63,777 nucleotides of DNA, taken from the NCBI GenBank assembly GCA_049510745.1, contig JBEKYR010000029.1, forward strand, positions 1 through 63,777, written 5' to 3'. The stretch's first letter is position 1; each line of letters begins with the position of its first letter. Shown piece after piece: positions 47,773 to 58,322 of the stretch. The notes beneath the pieces are model-generated. The model was not told where the DNA came from. It did no database searches and was given only the letters and a program-made list of their open reading frames with translations. The DNA is from Verrucomicrobiota bacterium. GTDB taxonomy: Bacteria > Verrucomicrobiota > Verrucomicrobiia > Limisphaerales > Palsa-1400. The translations under genes and the position numbers were made by a program.

Positions 47773-50766
47773 ATGCCGAAGGTCGCCAGCTTTGAGTCAT
47801 TCGAGATGGAACTGTCCCGTCTGGTCGGCATCTTCGAACGCAGTCTGGCCGAGCTTAAAAGTTCCGGCTACGTGGAAGCGCAACTGCGCGACGATTTCCT
47901 CAATCCCTTCTTCCGCTCGCTCGGCTGGGATTTGGAGAATAGCGCGGGGCTGGTTCAAACCAAGCGGGAAGTCGAGATCGAGAGCCGCACCGAAATTGGC
48001 GGGCGGCAAAAGCGCGCCGATTATCTTTTTCGCACCGATGGTCATGATCGGTTTGTTTGCGAGGCCAAGAAACCTGCCGAGGAGCTTCACTCACGCTACG
48101 CCTTCCAGGCCAAACGCTATGCTTGGAATAAGAATCTGCCACTCGCCGTCCTGACCGATTTTGAGGAATTCAAAATCTACATCGTCGGCGGCAAGCCGCA
48201 CATGGATGAGCCGCTCGTCGGCCTTTGGAAAAGCTGGCACTTCCGGGAACTCCCGCTCGTTGCGCGGGAAATTTGGGACTTGCTCGCCCGCGACAAGATC
48301 GCCGCTGGCAGCATCGAACAGTTGCTTGAATCCCTGCCCAAAACCCCGCCGGGCAAAGGCAAGGCGCGCCAGCAATGGCTCATCAAGCCCGACCGTTCCC
48401 GCTCGCTCGACGTGGACTTTCTCAACTTTCTCGATGAAGCTCGCCGCGACCTCGCCTCCGACCTTATCCGCCACAACGACCGGGAGGACTTGCTTGAAGG
48501 CAGCCAGCTCAACGAAGCCGTCCAGCATATCCTCGACCGCATTCTTTTTCTCCGCATCTGCGAAGACCGCGACATTGATACTGGAGTCCTCCTTGTTTCC
48601 ATTGTCGAAACGTGGCGGCGGAACGGTGGGAAGCAAGAAGGGGTGCGTGCGCATCAAAAACCTCTTGAACTCCGCGAAGAGCCGCCCGCCGACTACGGTT
48701 ACAGCGGCATTCGCGCGCCCAAAGGATCCCTCTGGCGCGGCATCGTCCGGCACTTCCGCGCGCTTGACCGCCGCCCGCCATCGCACGTTCCCTATTTCAA
48801 CGGCAATCTTTTCAAGCCGCATTTCAGTGAGGAATTGATTGTCAGCGATGAATGGCTCGCCGGGTTTGTCGCGGATTTGAGCGACGATGAATCGCCTTAC
48901 CTCTTCAGCTACATTCCGGTCGAAATCCTCGGCACGATTTACGAGCGGTTTCTCGGCAAGATCGTCCGCCCGCAAGGACGCGGTGTGACCATCGAGGAGA
49001 AGCCGGAAGTCCGCAAAGCCGGCGGGGTTTATTACACCCCGCGCTACATCGTCGAATATATCGTGGCGCAGACGGTTGAGAAACTTCTGCATGACGCCAA
49101 GCCGGAAGCCACATTAAAACTCCACTTCCTGGATCCCGCCTGCGGTTCGGGCAGCTTTCTCCTGCGCGTGTTCGAGGTCGTATGTGAACACTGGGAGCAA
49201 TGGCTCATCGACCGGCCCGATGAACGCAAAAGGAAATGGTGCTGGGTGGATGAAAAGACCGGCAACGTTCACCTGACCATGGCGCTCAAGCGGCGGATTC
49301 TCACCAGCAACGTCTTTGGCGTGGACCTTGACCCCAGCGCGGTGGAAGTGACGCAACTCTCGCTCTACCTCAAAATGCTGGAGAATGAGAACCGCAATAC
49401 CCTCCAGCGCCAGCGCGAGCTCCTGCCCGAAGACGACGACCCGCTCCTGCCGCCGCTGGAAAACAACATCAAACGCGGCAACTCCCTGATCGCCTCCGAC
49501 TTCTCGGTGATCCCCGAAGACCTCGTGCGCGTTCACGCCTTCGATTGGAACGTCGGTTTCAAGGACATCATGAAAGCCGGCGGCTTCGATGCAGTCGTGG
49601 GCAATCCGCCTTACGGACGTCTGCTCGACGAATCAGGGGAAGAATATGCAGCAAATCATTTTTCAGGCTGTCGAGGGATTCCTGATGTTTATGTGGCTTT
49701 CATTGAAAGGGCGATTGGGATCATAAAAGTAAAAGGACGAATGTCCTTCATAGTTCCATCGGCTTGGCTCGGAGGCCCTGCTTACCGTTTTTTGCGCGAG
49801 CGTTTGCTTGAGTTTCAAGTTGAAGAAGTCATCGCGTTGCCGTTCGACGTTTTCGCGGACGCCTACATTGACACCGCAACGCTTGTTCTCAGCAAACAAT
49901 CAACCGATTCCAATGCGGTTGTCCGATGCTTTGCATACGCTAAGAAAGCAAAGCTGGAATCCATTAAATTAGCTAAAAGCCAATACAGCATCATTCCTCT
50001 CTCAGTCTGGAAAAACTCACCTGATCGGAAGTTTGTTTTGTCAGTAGGGGTTGCGAACTTGGTTGCACGTTTGTTAAAAGCATCAAAGACCCGCATTTCG
50101 GATTTTGTTGAGATGAAGCGCGGAGTGTTGTTTGACCAAAGCCTTTTGAAACCGAACAAAGCGAATAGAAATTCGCACCCCTATTTTGAAGGTGACGTTT
50201 ACCGCTACGACTTAAACTACGTTGCCCCAAGTTGGGTCGAATATGGCCCGAAGATGCGCGAATGGCCCAAGGAGTTTCGATGGTTTGAAGGAAAGCGTTT
50301 GTTGATGAGGCGTCTGGTGAATCGCCAACAACGTCTGATGACCGCTTCTGCCGAAGACACCTTCATTACGAACAAAAACCTTTATTCTCTTCTTGTCCGC
50401 AAGGACTCGGATTTGGAGGACGCTGGTATTGGTTTTATGCTTGGGGTTTTGAATAGCCGGCTGCTTTCACGCCTGTACCTGAGTCAAGTGCAGCAAGCAA
50501 CCAAGGATGATTTTCCCCAAGTAACCATTGCAGATGTGCTTGCGTTGCCTTGCCCGCGTCCTACGAGCAGCCAGCTTGTGAAGATTTCAGAACTCGCCAA
50601 AAAATATTCGGCGCTGATGCCCAAGCTGCGACAGGCGCGAAGCGAGTCGGAGCGGCAGACATTACAGAACGCCGTCACCGCCGCTGACCAGCAAATCGAC
50701 GCGCTGGTCTATGACCTTTACGGCCTGACCGAAAAAGAAATCAAACTGGTGGAAGACAACACATGA
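47773..50766 (+). CDS. Type IIG (Eco57I-like) restriction-modification enzyme
   Basis: HsdR_N-like nuclease RADY..CEAKK, GVYYTPRYIV, LDPACGSGSFL, VVGNPPY, TaqI-like C-terminal LGVLNSRL. Confidence 0.9.
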   Translation: MPKVASFESFEMELSRLVGIFERSLAELKSSGYVEAQLRDDFLNPFFRSLGWDLENSAGLVQTKREVEIESRTEIGGRQKRADYLFRTDGHDRFVCEAKKPAEELHSRYAFQAKRYAWNKNLPLAVLTDFEEFKIYIVGGKPHMDEPLVGLWKSWHFRELPLVAREIWDLLARDKIAAGSIEQLLESLPKTPPGKGKARQQWLIKPDRSRSLDVDFLNFLDEARRDLASDLIRHNDREDLLEGSQLNEAVQHILDRILFLRICEDRDIDTGVLLVSIVETWRRNGGKQEGVRAHQKPLELREEPPADYGYSGIRAPKGSLWRGIVRHFRALDRRPPSHVPYFNGNLFKPHFSEELIVSDEWLAGFVADLSDDESPYLFSYIPVEILGTIYERFLGKIVRPQGRGVTIEEKPEVRKAGGVYYTPRYIVEYIVAQTVEKLLHDAKPEATLKLHFLDPACGSGSFLLRVFEVVCEHWEQWLIDRPDERKRKWCWVDEKTGNVHLTMALKRRILTSNVFGVDLDPSAVEVTQLSLYLKMLENENRNTLQRQRELLPEDDDPLLPPLENNIKRGNSLIASDFSVIPEDLVRVHAFDWNVGFKDIMKAGGFDAVVGNPPYGRLLDESGEEYAANHFSGCRGIPDVYVAFIERAIGIIKVKGRMSFIVPSAWLGGPAYRFLRERLLEFQVEEVIALPFDVFADAYIDTATLVLSKQSTDSNAVVRCFAYAKKAKLESIKLAKSQYSIIPLSVWKNSPDRKFVLSVGVANLVARLLKASKTRISDFVEMKRGVLFDQSLLKPNKANRNSHPYFEGDVYRYDLNYVAPSWVEYGPKMREWPKEFRWFEGKRLLMRRLVNRQQRLMTASAEDTFITNKNLYSLLVRKDSDLEDAGIGFMLGVLNSRLLSRLYLSQVQQATKDDFPQVTIADVLALPCPRPTSSQLVKISELAKKYSALMPKLRQARSESERQTLQNAVTAADQQIDALVYDLYGLTEKEIKLVEDNT

Positions 50767-51395
50767 AAGCCAATCATCCTGTGGCGGCGGTCTATGACCA
50801 CCGAGGCCGGCGCTCACAGAGCGCTGCTACAACCAAGGCAGGGAGGGCGCGCGGCGACGCTGCCGCCATTCTCGCCGAGTTCCGACCCGGCCTGGAACGG
50901 GACACGCAACTCATGCCGTGGCTTATCGCCGAAACCGTTTGCGACGAGGTTTCGCAATTTCTCGGTCTCGACCTCCCCGCCCGCTACGCGGTTTGGCTGG
51001 AGGCGAAGGCGGAGCTTTGTTACTCGGGTCGCCGGCATTTCCACAAACTCATGCGCGGGCGCGGCAACGCCCCGCGCGATTGGCTTTACGTTTTCATGCG
51101 CCACTGGCTGGCGAGTATCCTGCACCTGGAGCGGCCGGATTTGTGCCGGTGCCTGCCCATGAGTTTCGTTTACGGCCAGCGCCTTCCGCACGGCACCCAT
51201 CCGCCCATCAACCGGGTTGGCTGCCGGCCGGATTTTCTCCCAGCGCCCCGCGGTTGGGAACCGTCGCGGGTGACGCGGCATCACCGCTGGGCATGGCTGG
51301 CGCGAATCGGAACGGCGGACCTTGCAGAACGCCGTCACCGCCGCCAACCAGCAAATCGACACGCTAAAAGCCGGGGTTTTCTTCTTTGGGTTTGA
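50763..51395 (+). CDS. Hypothetical protein (ends uncertain)
   Basis: Central part RDWLYVFMRHWLAS looks protein-like; N-terminus overlaps a REP pair and C-terminus overlaps an RM duplicate. Confidence 0.4.
   Translation: MKANHPVAAVYDHRGRRSQSAATTKAGRARGDAAAILAEFRPGLERDTQLMPWLIAETVCDEVSQFLGLDLPARYAVWLEAKAELCYSGRRHFHKLMRGRGNAPRDWLYVFMRHWLASILHLERPDLCRCLPMSFVYGQRLPHGTHPPINRVGCRPDFLPAPRGWEPSRVTRHHRWAWLARIGTADLAERRHRRQPANRHAKSRGFLLWV
50780..50831. repeat. REP-like palindromic pair
   Basis: tgtggcggcggtctatgaccaccg / ccggcgctcacagagcgctgctaca. Confidence 0.6.
51301..51366 (+). repeat. Diverged duplicate of type IIG RM gene 3' segment (50641-50706)
   Basis: Translates RESERRTLQNAVTAANQQIDTL vs SESERQTLQNAVTAADQQIDAL, offset 660 nt. 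Confidence 0.85.
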
Positions 51396-52752
51396 GGCTG
51401 ATGAGGTAGGCGACCAGGTTGTCCACCTCGGCATCCTTGATGGTGCCCGCCCAGGCCGGCATGTAGAGGGGCGGCGGCGGGCGTTTGGGGTCGAGGGCCG
51501 GGATTTCGTGCTGGCCCTTGAGGATGCGCGCTTTCAATTCGGCGACGGTGTAGCCGTCGGCGACGCGGAGCAGGCCGGGCACTTGCTCGGCAGTCTTGGA
51601 GTTGGGGTTGGGAACACCGCCTGTGGCGCCGGGACCGTGACAGCCGGCGCACCCGTATTTGCGGAAAACCTCTTTGCCGCGCTCGGCGGGGCTCATCAGG
51701 GAGGGAAGGCTCAGGGCGACGGCCTGTTCCCGCATGTGAATGAGAAAATCGGTCAGGGCGCGGGCCTCGGCTTCGGTGAAGCCAAACTTTGGCATGACGG
51801 AGCCAGGGGTGACGCTTTGCGGATCGCGGAAATGTTGAATCATCCACTCGGGAGCGCGGCGGAGGCCGACGTCGTCCAGGGGCGGTCCAACTTTGCCGCC
51901 GTTGCCGTTGACGGAGTGGCAGCCGATGCAGCCTCTGGATTGGAACAAGCGCAGCCCTTCGCGGGTGTTGGGAAGGACTTTCATCGAGGAGTAGTAGCCG
52001 GAGGCCGCTTCGCCCGTCTGGCTGAGCATGAAGAGCACGATGGCTTCGAGATTGGTCTCCGAGAATTTTTGCGGCGGCATGACGGAGCCGGGGGTGGCGC
52101 TGGCGGGGGCGATGAAATGTTTCTTGAGCCATTCCGGGGAACGGCGCGCGCCCACCTTGTCGAGTTCCGGCCCGATGATGCCGCCGCTGCCGCCGAGTTT
52201 GTGGCAGCCGCGGCAGCCGCTGTTCTCGAAGACCTGCTCGCCCAGGGCCAATTCCGGGGCGGCGGGATTGTCGGCCGGTTCGTGGCATTGGCCGCAGGAG
52301 GCCTGGATGTATTGCATGGGGAGCATCGGCTCGTCCCAGTAGGGCACGTTGCCGTGCGCCTCGACGGTGGTGGTGGCGCGGCCCTGGCCGCGATGGCAGA
52401 TGGTGCAGCCGAAACGCTCGAAGGGGTGTTGCTCGTGCAGGGGATGGTAGCTCAGAGGCTGGGGGTAGCCGCCGTAGCTGGGGTCTTCCACGGTCAGATG
52501 GCAGGTGGTGCAGCGGTCCACGCGGTGGAGGTCGGGCAGGACGGTCTGGCGGATTTCCACAGGAATGCGTTGGGCCAGCAGGCGCTGCTGGGGCGTGGCG
52601 GCGCGGTGGATTTCCTCCTGGATATATTTGCGCTGGTAATCCTTCCACTCGCGGTATTCGTCGCGGTAATAGCCGACGATGACCAAGACGCCGACCAGCA
52701 GGCCGAGGGCGGTGAACCAGCCGTAGAACTTGCGCACAGAAAGCTCCGTCAC
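51364..52752 (-). CDS. Membrane-anchored hexaheme cytochrome c
   Basis: Six CxxCH: CTTCH, CTICH, CGQCH, CRGCH, CIGCH, CAGCH; N-terminal TM. Confidence 0.9.
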   Translation of the reverse strand: MTELSVRKFYGWFTALGLLVGVLVIVGYYRDEYREWKDYQRKYIQEEIHRAATPQQRLLAQRIPVEIRQTVLPDLHRVDRCTTCHLTVEDPSYGGYPQPLSYHPLHEQHPFERFGCTICHRGQGRATTTVEAHGNVPYWDEPMLPMQYIQASCGQCHEPADNPAAPELALGEQVFENSGCRGCHKLGGSGGIIGPELDKVGARRSPEWLKKHFIAPASATPGSVMPPQKFSETNLEAIVLFMLSQTGEAASGYYSSMKVLPNTREGLRLFQSRGCIGCHSVNGNGGKVGPPLDDVGLRRAPEWMIQHFRDPQSVTPGSVMPKFGFTEAEARALTDFLIHMREQAVALSLPSLMSPAERGKEVFRKYGCAGCHGPGATGGVPNPNSKTAEQVPGLLRVADGYTVAELKARILKGQHEIPALDPKRPPPPLYMPAWAGTIKDAEVDNLVAYLISLKPKEENPGF

Positions 52753-52753
52753 C

Positions 52754-54040
52754 TCATTGCCCCTCCGTCACGGCGGGTGGATTTTTCCACGGTTCCACCC
52801 ATGACCAGTTGGGACCGCGGAAGAAGCTGCCGATAACCGTCAGGACCACGGCAATGGCAAGGCAAACGGAGAAGATGGTATTGGCGACGACGCGTTCGCG
52901 GGCAAACCAACGGCCCACGCCCTGGCGTTTGCGGTCGATGTAGGGCAGGAGGGCTAGGGCGGTGACGAGCAAGCCCGGCACGACCACGCCGCCCCAAAAA
53001 GCCGAGTAGCTGACCAATTCCTGGAGGCCGAGAAAATACCAGGGGGCCTTGGCGGGGTTGGGCGGATGGACGGCGTTGGCGATTTCTTCCAGCGGCGCGT
53101 TCCAGAATATGGCCAGGAACAACACCACCGCCGTGACCAGCAGGAACAGGAGCAGCTCGCGGAAAACCAGGTGCGGCCAGGAGAACACCTCGTCTTCGGG
53201 GTCCCGGCCGACTTGCGGCGTTGTGCCGCGGGCCAATTCCATGAGGCCGTAGCTTTTATTGGTGGGCAACTGGCCCAGCTCAACGTTCTGCACGATTTCT
53301 GCCGGTTCATCGGGGCGGGAGAGACCGCCGTCTTTGCGCACGCGGAAAAGGTGGACCGAGATCATGAGCACGGCCAGCGCCGGCAGAACGATCACATGCA
53401 GCGCGTAAAACCGGGTCAGCGCATCCTGCCCGACGATGTGGCCGCCGAGCATGAGGTATTTGAGCTTTTCGCCGACGACGGGCGCATAGCCGGCGATGCT
53501 CGTGCCGACGGTGATGGCCCAGAAGGCCAGTTGGTCCCACGGCAGGAGATAGCCGGTGAAACTCAAGCCGAGAGTGACGAGAAACAGGCCAACGCCGAGA
53601 ACCCAGTTGAACTCGCGCGGGCTTTTGTAAGCGCCGGTGTAAAACACGCGGCATAAATGCAGCATGACGAACAAGACCATCAAGTGCGCCGCCCAGCGGT
53701 GCATGTTGCGGATGACCAGTCCGGCCGAGACGACGAACTGCAGATCCTTCATGATGTCATAGGCCTTGTCCGTGCTGGGGACGTAATAGAACATGAGGAG
53801 CACGCCGGTGGCGCAGAGGATGAGGAACAAATAAAGGGAGATCAGTCCCAGGCCGAGAGAGTAGGAGGCGCGCAGGGCATGGCGATGGACCTTGGCCGGT
53901 TGGACGTGGAGGAGGAAACTGGAAACCATCGCCTGCGACCGCTCGAGATTGCTGGCCGGCAGACCGACGCGAAAGACGGAGCGACCGACCCTCGTGCGGG
54001 TGAACCAAAGCCAGAGGCGTTTGGGCAAAGGGCCGTTCAT
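52754..54040 (-). CDS. Cytochrome b (b6 + subunit IV fused) of a Rieske/cyt b complex
   Basis: [55 protein letters not shown]. Confidence 0.93.
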   Translation of the reverse strand: MNGPLPKRLWLWFTRTRVGRSVFRVGLPASNLERSQAMVSSFLLHVQPAKVHRHALRASYSLGLGLISLYLFLILCATGVLLMFYYVPSTDKAYDIMKDLQFVVSAGLVIRNMHRWAAHLMVLFVMLHLCRVFYTGAYKSPREFNWVLGVGLFLVTLGLSFTGYLLPWDQLAFWAITVGTSIAGYAPVVGEKLKYLMLGGHIVGQDALTRFYALHVIVLPALAVLMISVHLFRVRKDGGLSRPDEPAEIVQNVELGQLPTNKSYGLMELARGTTPQVGRDPEDEVFSWPHLVFRELLLFLLVTAVVLFLAIFWNAPLEEIANAVHPPNPAKAPWYFLGLQELVSYSAFWGGVVVPGLLVTALALLPYIDRKRQGVGRWFARERVVANTIFSVCLAIAVVLTVIGSFFRGPNWSWVEPWKNPPAVTEGQ

Positions 54041-54507
54041 ATCACCAGGTATTTGTCCTCCGCCACGCGCTGGCCTTTGTCCACCAGCAGCCGGTTGTCC
54101 TTGCTCAAAGTGACGGAGAACCACTCCAACGGGCGCGGAGCGGGGCCGCCTTTGACCAGGCCCTGGTCGTCAAACACGCTGCCATGACAGGGGCAATGAT
54201 AGCCTTTGCCGACACGGTTGACCGTGCAGCCAAGGTGGGTGCAGATGGCGGACAGGCAGCGGAACGTGTTGCCATTGCGCACGACAAAAACGCGCTCCGC
54301 ATCCAGGAACGTCACCGAACCGTCCAGGTAATCGTCCGGTTTGCCGGCCTTGAATCGCTGGTCCGGCTCGAAGAGGACGTTCGGCACCAGAAACCGCACG
54401 GTGCCCGCGGCGGAGGCCGTCACGGCGAAGACGGCCGCCAGCCAACCGAGGGTGAGTTGGAAAAAACCGCGTCGTGAAGTTTCGTTGCCGGGAGTAGAAG
54501 GGATCAT
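54037..54507 (-). CDS. Rieske 2Fe-2S protein
   Basis: Tat [27 protein letters not shown]. Confidence 0.95.
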   Translation of the reverse strand: MIPSTPGNETSRRGFFQLTLGWLAAVFAVTASAAGTVRFLVPNVLFEPDQRFKAGKPDDYLDGSVTFLDAERVFVVRNGNTFRCLSAICTHLGCTVNRVGKGYHCPCHGSVFDDQGLVKGGPAPRPLEWFSVTLSKDNRLLVDKGQRVAEDKYLVI

Positions 54508-54508
54508 A

Positions 54509-56431
54509 TCAAGCGGGGATGAGTTCGAGCCGTTCCATGGTGATGGCGCCGGTGGGGCAGCGAACGGCGCACAGGCCGCAGCGGATGCAACGGGTCTCGT
54601 CTTTGATGATCGCGCCCTGCTCGCCGCGCTCCGGCACGCGCCCGTAACGGGCCAGGAAGGCGCTCTGCAACTTGGCGTCGCCCCGCAGGCTGGCGGCATC
54701 GACCAGGCGCAGGCAGTATTCGGGACAGACATCGGCACACCCCCCGCAGAGGATGCATTCATCGCCGTTAAACACCGGGCCGACATGGCACTTGAGACAG
54801 CGGTCGGCCTGCCGGCGGGCGTCTGGCTCGGGGTAATCTTTCTCCACTTCGGCAATGCCGATGCGCCGGTCCAGCGGCAGGGTCGGAGGCGGACGGCGGA
54901 TGAACTTCTCGTAATCAGGCTTCATGCCGTACTGGAGAGTATTGTAGATCGTCACGCGCGCCTGGCGCGGCTCGGCCGGAACGGAGCCTGTGAGGAATTT
55001 CGCGATGGAAGCGGCGGCTTTTTTGCCCTCGGCGACTGCGGTGATGATGATGCGCGGCCCGAAGGCCACGTCGCCGCCCGCGAACACATCGGGCCGCGAA
55101 GTGGCCATCGTTGCCGGATCGGTTTGCAATGTTCCGCGAGGGGTGATCTTCAAATTGTCTTCCGGGCGAATCCAGGAAAGGTCCGCCGACTGGCCGATGG
55201 CCAGGACGACCGTGTCGCAATCCACCGTCTCTTCGCTGCCTTCGATGAATTGGGGGTTGAAGCGGCGGTTTTCGTCGAAGACGCGGCTGGCTCTGATCAG
55301 TTCGATGCCGGTTACTTTGTCATCGCGGCCGAGAATGCGTTTGGGGCCAAAACGGGTGTGGAGCCGGATGCCTTCCTTTTCCGCCTCTTCAATTTCCTCG
55401 TGGGCGCTGGGGATTTCGTCCAGGCTCTCCAGGCAGTACATGTGGACTTCGGGCACGCCTTTGCGGATGGCTTCGCGGGCGACATCCAACGCCAGACGCA
55501 CTTCGTCCGGGGCTTCCGGTTGGCGGGCGGTCAACTGCTCCAGAGCCGAGGCGGCTTGGTGCAGGGCCTCGCGCAATTCCGCCTCGCCCATCCCGGCAAA
55601 TTTCTCCGCCTGGCGGACGACCGAGCGGGCCACGTCGAAAGCGACGTTGCCGCCGCCGATGACGACGACCTTACGGCCGAGCGAGACGCGGAAACCGAGG
55701 TTGACATTGAGCAGAAACTCAATGGCCCGCAGCACTCCGTCCAATTGCACGCCTTCAATGCTCAATTCGCGGCTTTTGTGCGCGCCGATGCCCAGAAAGA
55801 CCGCTTCGTAGCCCTGCTTCTTAAGGTCGGAAAAGGCGAAGTCCTTGCCGAGGCGGGTGTTGAGGCGGACCTCGACGCCCAGCGCCTCGATGGCGGCGAT
55901 TTCCGCCCGGATGATCTCGCGTGGAAGCCGGTATTCAGGCACGCCGAGCACCAACATGCCGCCGGCCAGGTTTTGCGCCTCGAAGACGGTCGGGGAAAAC
56001 CCCATCAAGGCTAGTTCGTGCGCGCACGACAGGCCGGCCGGACCGGCGCCGATGATGGCAACCTTGCGTCCGCCGCCGATGCGTTCGCGGCGCGGATCGC
56101 GCAGTTGGGGATAGACGCGGCCGGGATCGAAGTTGTCGGATTCGACGCCGAACTTTTCGCAGACGAACCGTTTCAAGGCGCGGATGGAAACGGGGGCGTC
56201 CAGCGCCCCGCGGCGGCATTTGGCCTCGCAGGGGGCGGCGCAAACGCGGCCGCAGATGGAGGCGAAAGGGTTGGGCGTCCGGGCCAGGATGTAAGCGTCC
56301 TCGTAACGACCCTCGGCGATGGCCTGGACGTAGCCGCCGGAGTCGGTGCGCACCGGACAACCCTCGCGGCACAAGACCTGCCGCGTGAAATAATTCACGT
56401 CCGGCACTTCGACTGGATAGGTCGGGGGCAT
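54509..56431 (-). CDS. GltD/NfnB/DsrL-like FAD Fe-S NAD(P)H oxidoreductase with C-terminal ferredoxin
   Basis: CREGCP..ICGRVCAAPCEAKCRR, IGAGPAGL, IGGGNVAFD, FAGGD, CILCGGCADVCP, CIRCGLCAVRCP. Confidence 0.9.
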   Translation of the reverse strand: MPPTYPVEVPDVNYFTRQVLCREGCPVRTDSGGYVQAIAEGRYEDAYILARTPNPFASICGRVCAAPCEAKCRRGALDAPVSIRALKRFVCEKFGVESDNFDPGRVYPQLRDPRRERIGGGRKVAIIGAGPAGLSCAHELALMGFSPTVFEAQNLAGGMLVLGVPEYRLPREIIRAEIAAIEALGVEVRLNTRLGKDFAFSDLKKQGYEAVFLGIGAHKSRELSIEGVQLDGVLRAIEFLLNVNLGFRVSLGRKVVVIGGGNVAFDVARSVVRQAEKFAGMGEAELREALHQAASALEQLTARQPEAPDEVRLALDVAREAIRKGVPEVHMYCLESLDEIPSAHEEIEEAEKEGIRLHTRFGPKRILGRDDKVTGIELIRASRVFDENRRFNPQFIEGSEETVDCDTVVLAIGQSADLSWIRPEDNLKITPRGTLQTDPATMATSRPDVFAGGDVAFGPRIIITAVAEGKKAAASIAKFLTGSVPAEPRQARVTIYNTLQYGMKPDYEKFIRRPPPTLPLDRRIGIAEVEKDYPEPDARRQADRCLKCHVGPVFNGDECILCGGCADVCPEYCLRLVDAASLRGDAKLQSAFLARYGRVPERGEQGAIIKDETRCIRCGLCAVRCPTGAITMERLELIPA

Positions 56432-56449
56432 GGCCGTGCGGTCGGCGAA

Positions 56450-56944
56450 TTATTTCGCGTCGTACTTGTCGTGGAGTTCCTTGATCTTGGTCTCGGCGGC
56501 CGCTTTTTCCGCGGGGGTGGCCTTGGCGAGTTTGTCGTCCACCATCGTCTTCTTGCGGAGGCTGGCGTCATAGACCAGGAACTCATAGATTTTCTTGCCG
56601 TCGGCCGCGCTGATGTTGGAACCGGGCTTATACATCATGCGCTTGATGTAACGGGACCATTCGTCGGGGAGGGCGTAGTCGGAGTTGATCGGGCGGCTCA
56701 ACTTGTGGCATTGGGAGCATTTATGGCTGAAGAGTTCGTAGTTGTCCTGGATGACTTGGGGGTATTTGGACACATCGACGGTCGCCGGCCCTTTCTCGAA
56801 CCGTTCGACGCGCGCCTTGGTTTCAGCATCCATTTCCTGCGCGGTGGCGCGGCCCAGGCCCGCTCCGGTCACGCCGAGCACAGCCGCGCCAACGAGGACG
56901 GCGGCAAGTCTGATCGTCATTTTCATAAGTGTCATTTCTTTCAT
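56450..56944 (-). CDS. Periplasmic monoheme cytochrome c
   Basis: Signal peptide, CSQCH, WSRYIKRMMYKPGS; start uncertain. Confidence 0.8.
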   Translation of the reverse strand: MKEMTLMKMTIRLAAVLVGAAVLGVTGAGLGRATAQEMDAETKARVERFEKGPATVDVSKYPQVIQDNYELFSHKCSQCHKLSRPINSDYALPDEWSRYIKRMMYKPGSNISAADGKKIYEFLVYDASLRKKTMVDDKLAKATPAEKAAAETKIKELHDKYDAK

Positions 56945-58303
56945 TTAGAACCCGTAGGAGAGCTGGAGGACAAACGAATTGGGAGCCAGGGCGGTGGGGC
57001 CGTGGCTCTGCAACCATTCGTAGTCACCCTCAAAGAGCAGCGTGTTGGAAAAGTAATAGACGCAGCCCGCCGTGTAGCGATCTGTTTTTGTGGGTCCCGC
57101 TCCGCCGCCGAAAAGGCCGTCGTCATTTACACGATCATAGCGGCCGACCAACTCGACATTGTTAATGTAGGGCAGCTCCAGATTCAGGCCGGCCAGTTTG
57201 TAGCTCGCTTGAATCCACCATCCATCCGGACGAACCGGTCCGACATCATCGGTTCCCACCCAGGTTTGAATGTCCTCGCCCTTCACTTCGATGTTCGGGC
57301 CTAAGTGCAGGGCCGCATCCACCACGGCAGCCGACCACTGGCGGTTGCCCGAGTCGCTCCAGGCGCCCGTCTGGCCTGAAAGACCCAGTTCGAAATCATA
57401 GTGAGGTTTCGCTGGGCAAGGGAGAAACAGAGCCAGGCGGCCGCCGCCGCTGGGCTTGGCGTGCCAATTGGGGGTATTGCCGACATTGCCGGCCAGGTCC
57501 AACGCGCCGGCGGCGGCAATCGAGTTGGTGGCGCCGGAGGACGGTCCGTTGACCCCGTAAACGGCATAGGTGACCGACATCCCGGACTCTCCGACCGGGA
57601 CGGCCCCGCGCAACTGCGCGCCCACGCCGCTGCCCGGCAAAAGCGTATCACGCACCAACGGGTTATCCGGAATTTTGTTGAGCCATCCAGCGCCCCGTTC
57701 GCTGTAGGTGCCCAGCGGCAATAACATGTCCCCGGCCACAAGCGTCATGTAGTCGTTCAGAAGATAATCCAACTGTCCGAAGCTCATGCTTACCGAGGTC
57801 GAACTGCCCGGAGCGCGGTTGCCGTTCACGTCCGTGTTATTGCCCAGCATGACGTCGAAACCCGCCTCGAACAGCACGTCGTCGCTGGCGCGAAAGAGGA
57901 AAATCGGGGCGAAATCAGCCAGGGCGAAGGTGGCGTGCTGGCCAGCGGTTTTTCCATATTGAGCCTCGGCATCGCCCACCATCGAGAAGTTGTGCAGCGG
58001 CCCCTGGGAGGCGCTGACAACCGGATAGGTCGATTGCACCTTGGCCACGCTCTCGGCGGTCTGTTGCGCGTTGGTGGCGGCGGTTTTGGTTTCTCCCAAC
58101 TGCTTTTGCAGTTGCTGGATGAGTTGCTGGTCCTGCGCGTGGGTCTGTTCGAGACTCTGGACTTTGTCGCCCAATTGTTCGACTACTTTCTTCAAGGCGT
58201 TGAAGTCGTCGGCGCTTACTTGCGCCGATGCCGCCTGGGGCAAAGCGGCCCCCGTCACGCAGGCGGCGGCCAAAGCTCCAAAAATCAGGGAAGGAATTTT
58301 CAT
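56945..58303 (-). CDS. Outer-membrane beta-barrel porin with N-terminal coiled coil
   Basis: Signal peptide, coiled coil, alternating beta strands, C-terminal VLQLSYGF. Confidence 0.8.
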   Translation of the reverse strand: MKIPSLIFGALAAACVTGAALPQAASAQVSADDFNALKKVVEQLGDKVQSLEQTHAQDQQLIQQLQKQLGETKTAATNAQQTAESVAKVQSTYPVVSASQGPLHNFSMVGDAEAQYGKTAGQHATFALADFAPIFLFRASDDVLFEAGFDVMLGNNTDVNGNRAPGSSTSVSMSFGQLDYLLNDYMTLVAGDMLLPLGTYSERGAGWLNKIPDNPLVRDTLLPGSGVGAQLRGAVPVGESGMSVTYAVYGVNGPSSGATNSIAAAGALDLAGNVGNTPNWHAKPSGGGRLALFLPCPAKPHYDFELGLSGQTGAWSDSGNRQWSAAVVDAALHLGPNIEVKGEDIQTWVGTDDVGPVRPDGWWIQASYKLAGLNLELPYINNVELVGRYDRVNDDGLFGGGAGPTKTDRYTAGCVYYFSNTLLFEGDYEWLQSHGPTALAPNSFVLQLSYGF

Positions 58304-58322
58304 AGGTGGGATTCTCGGTGTT

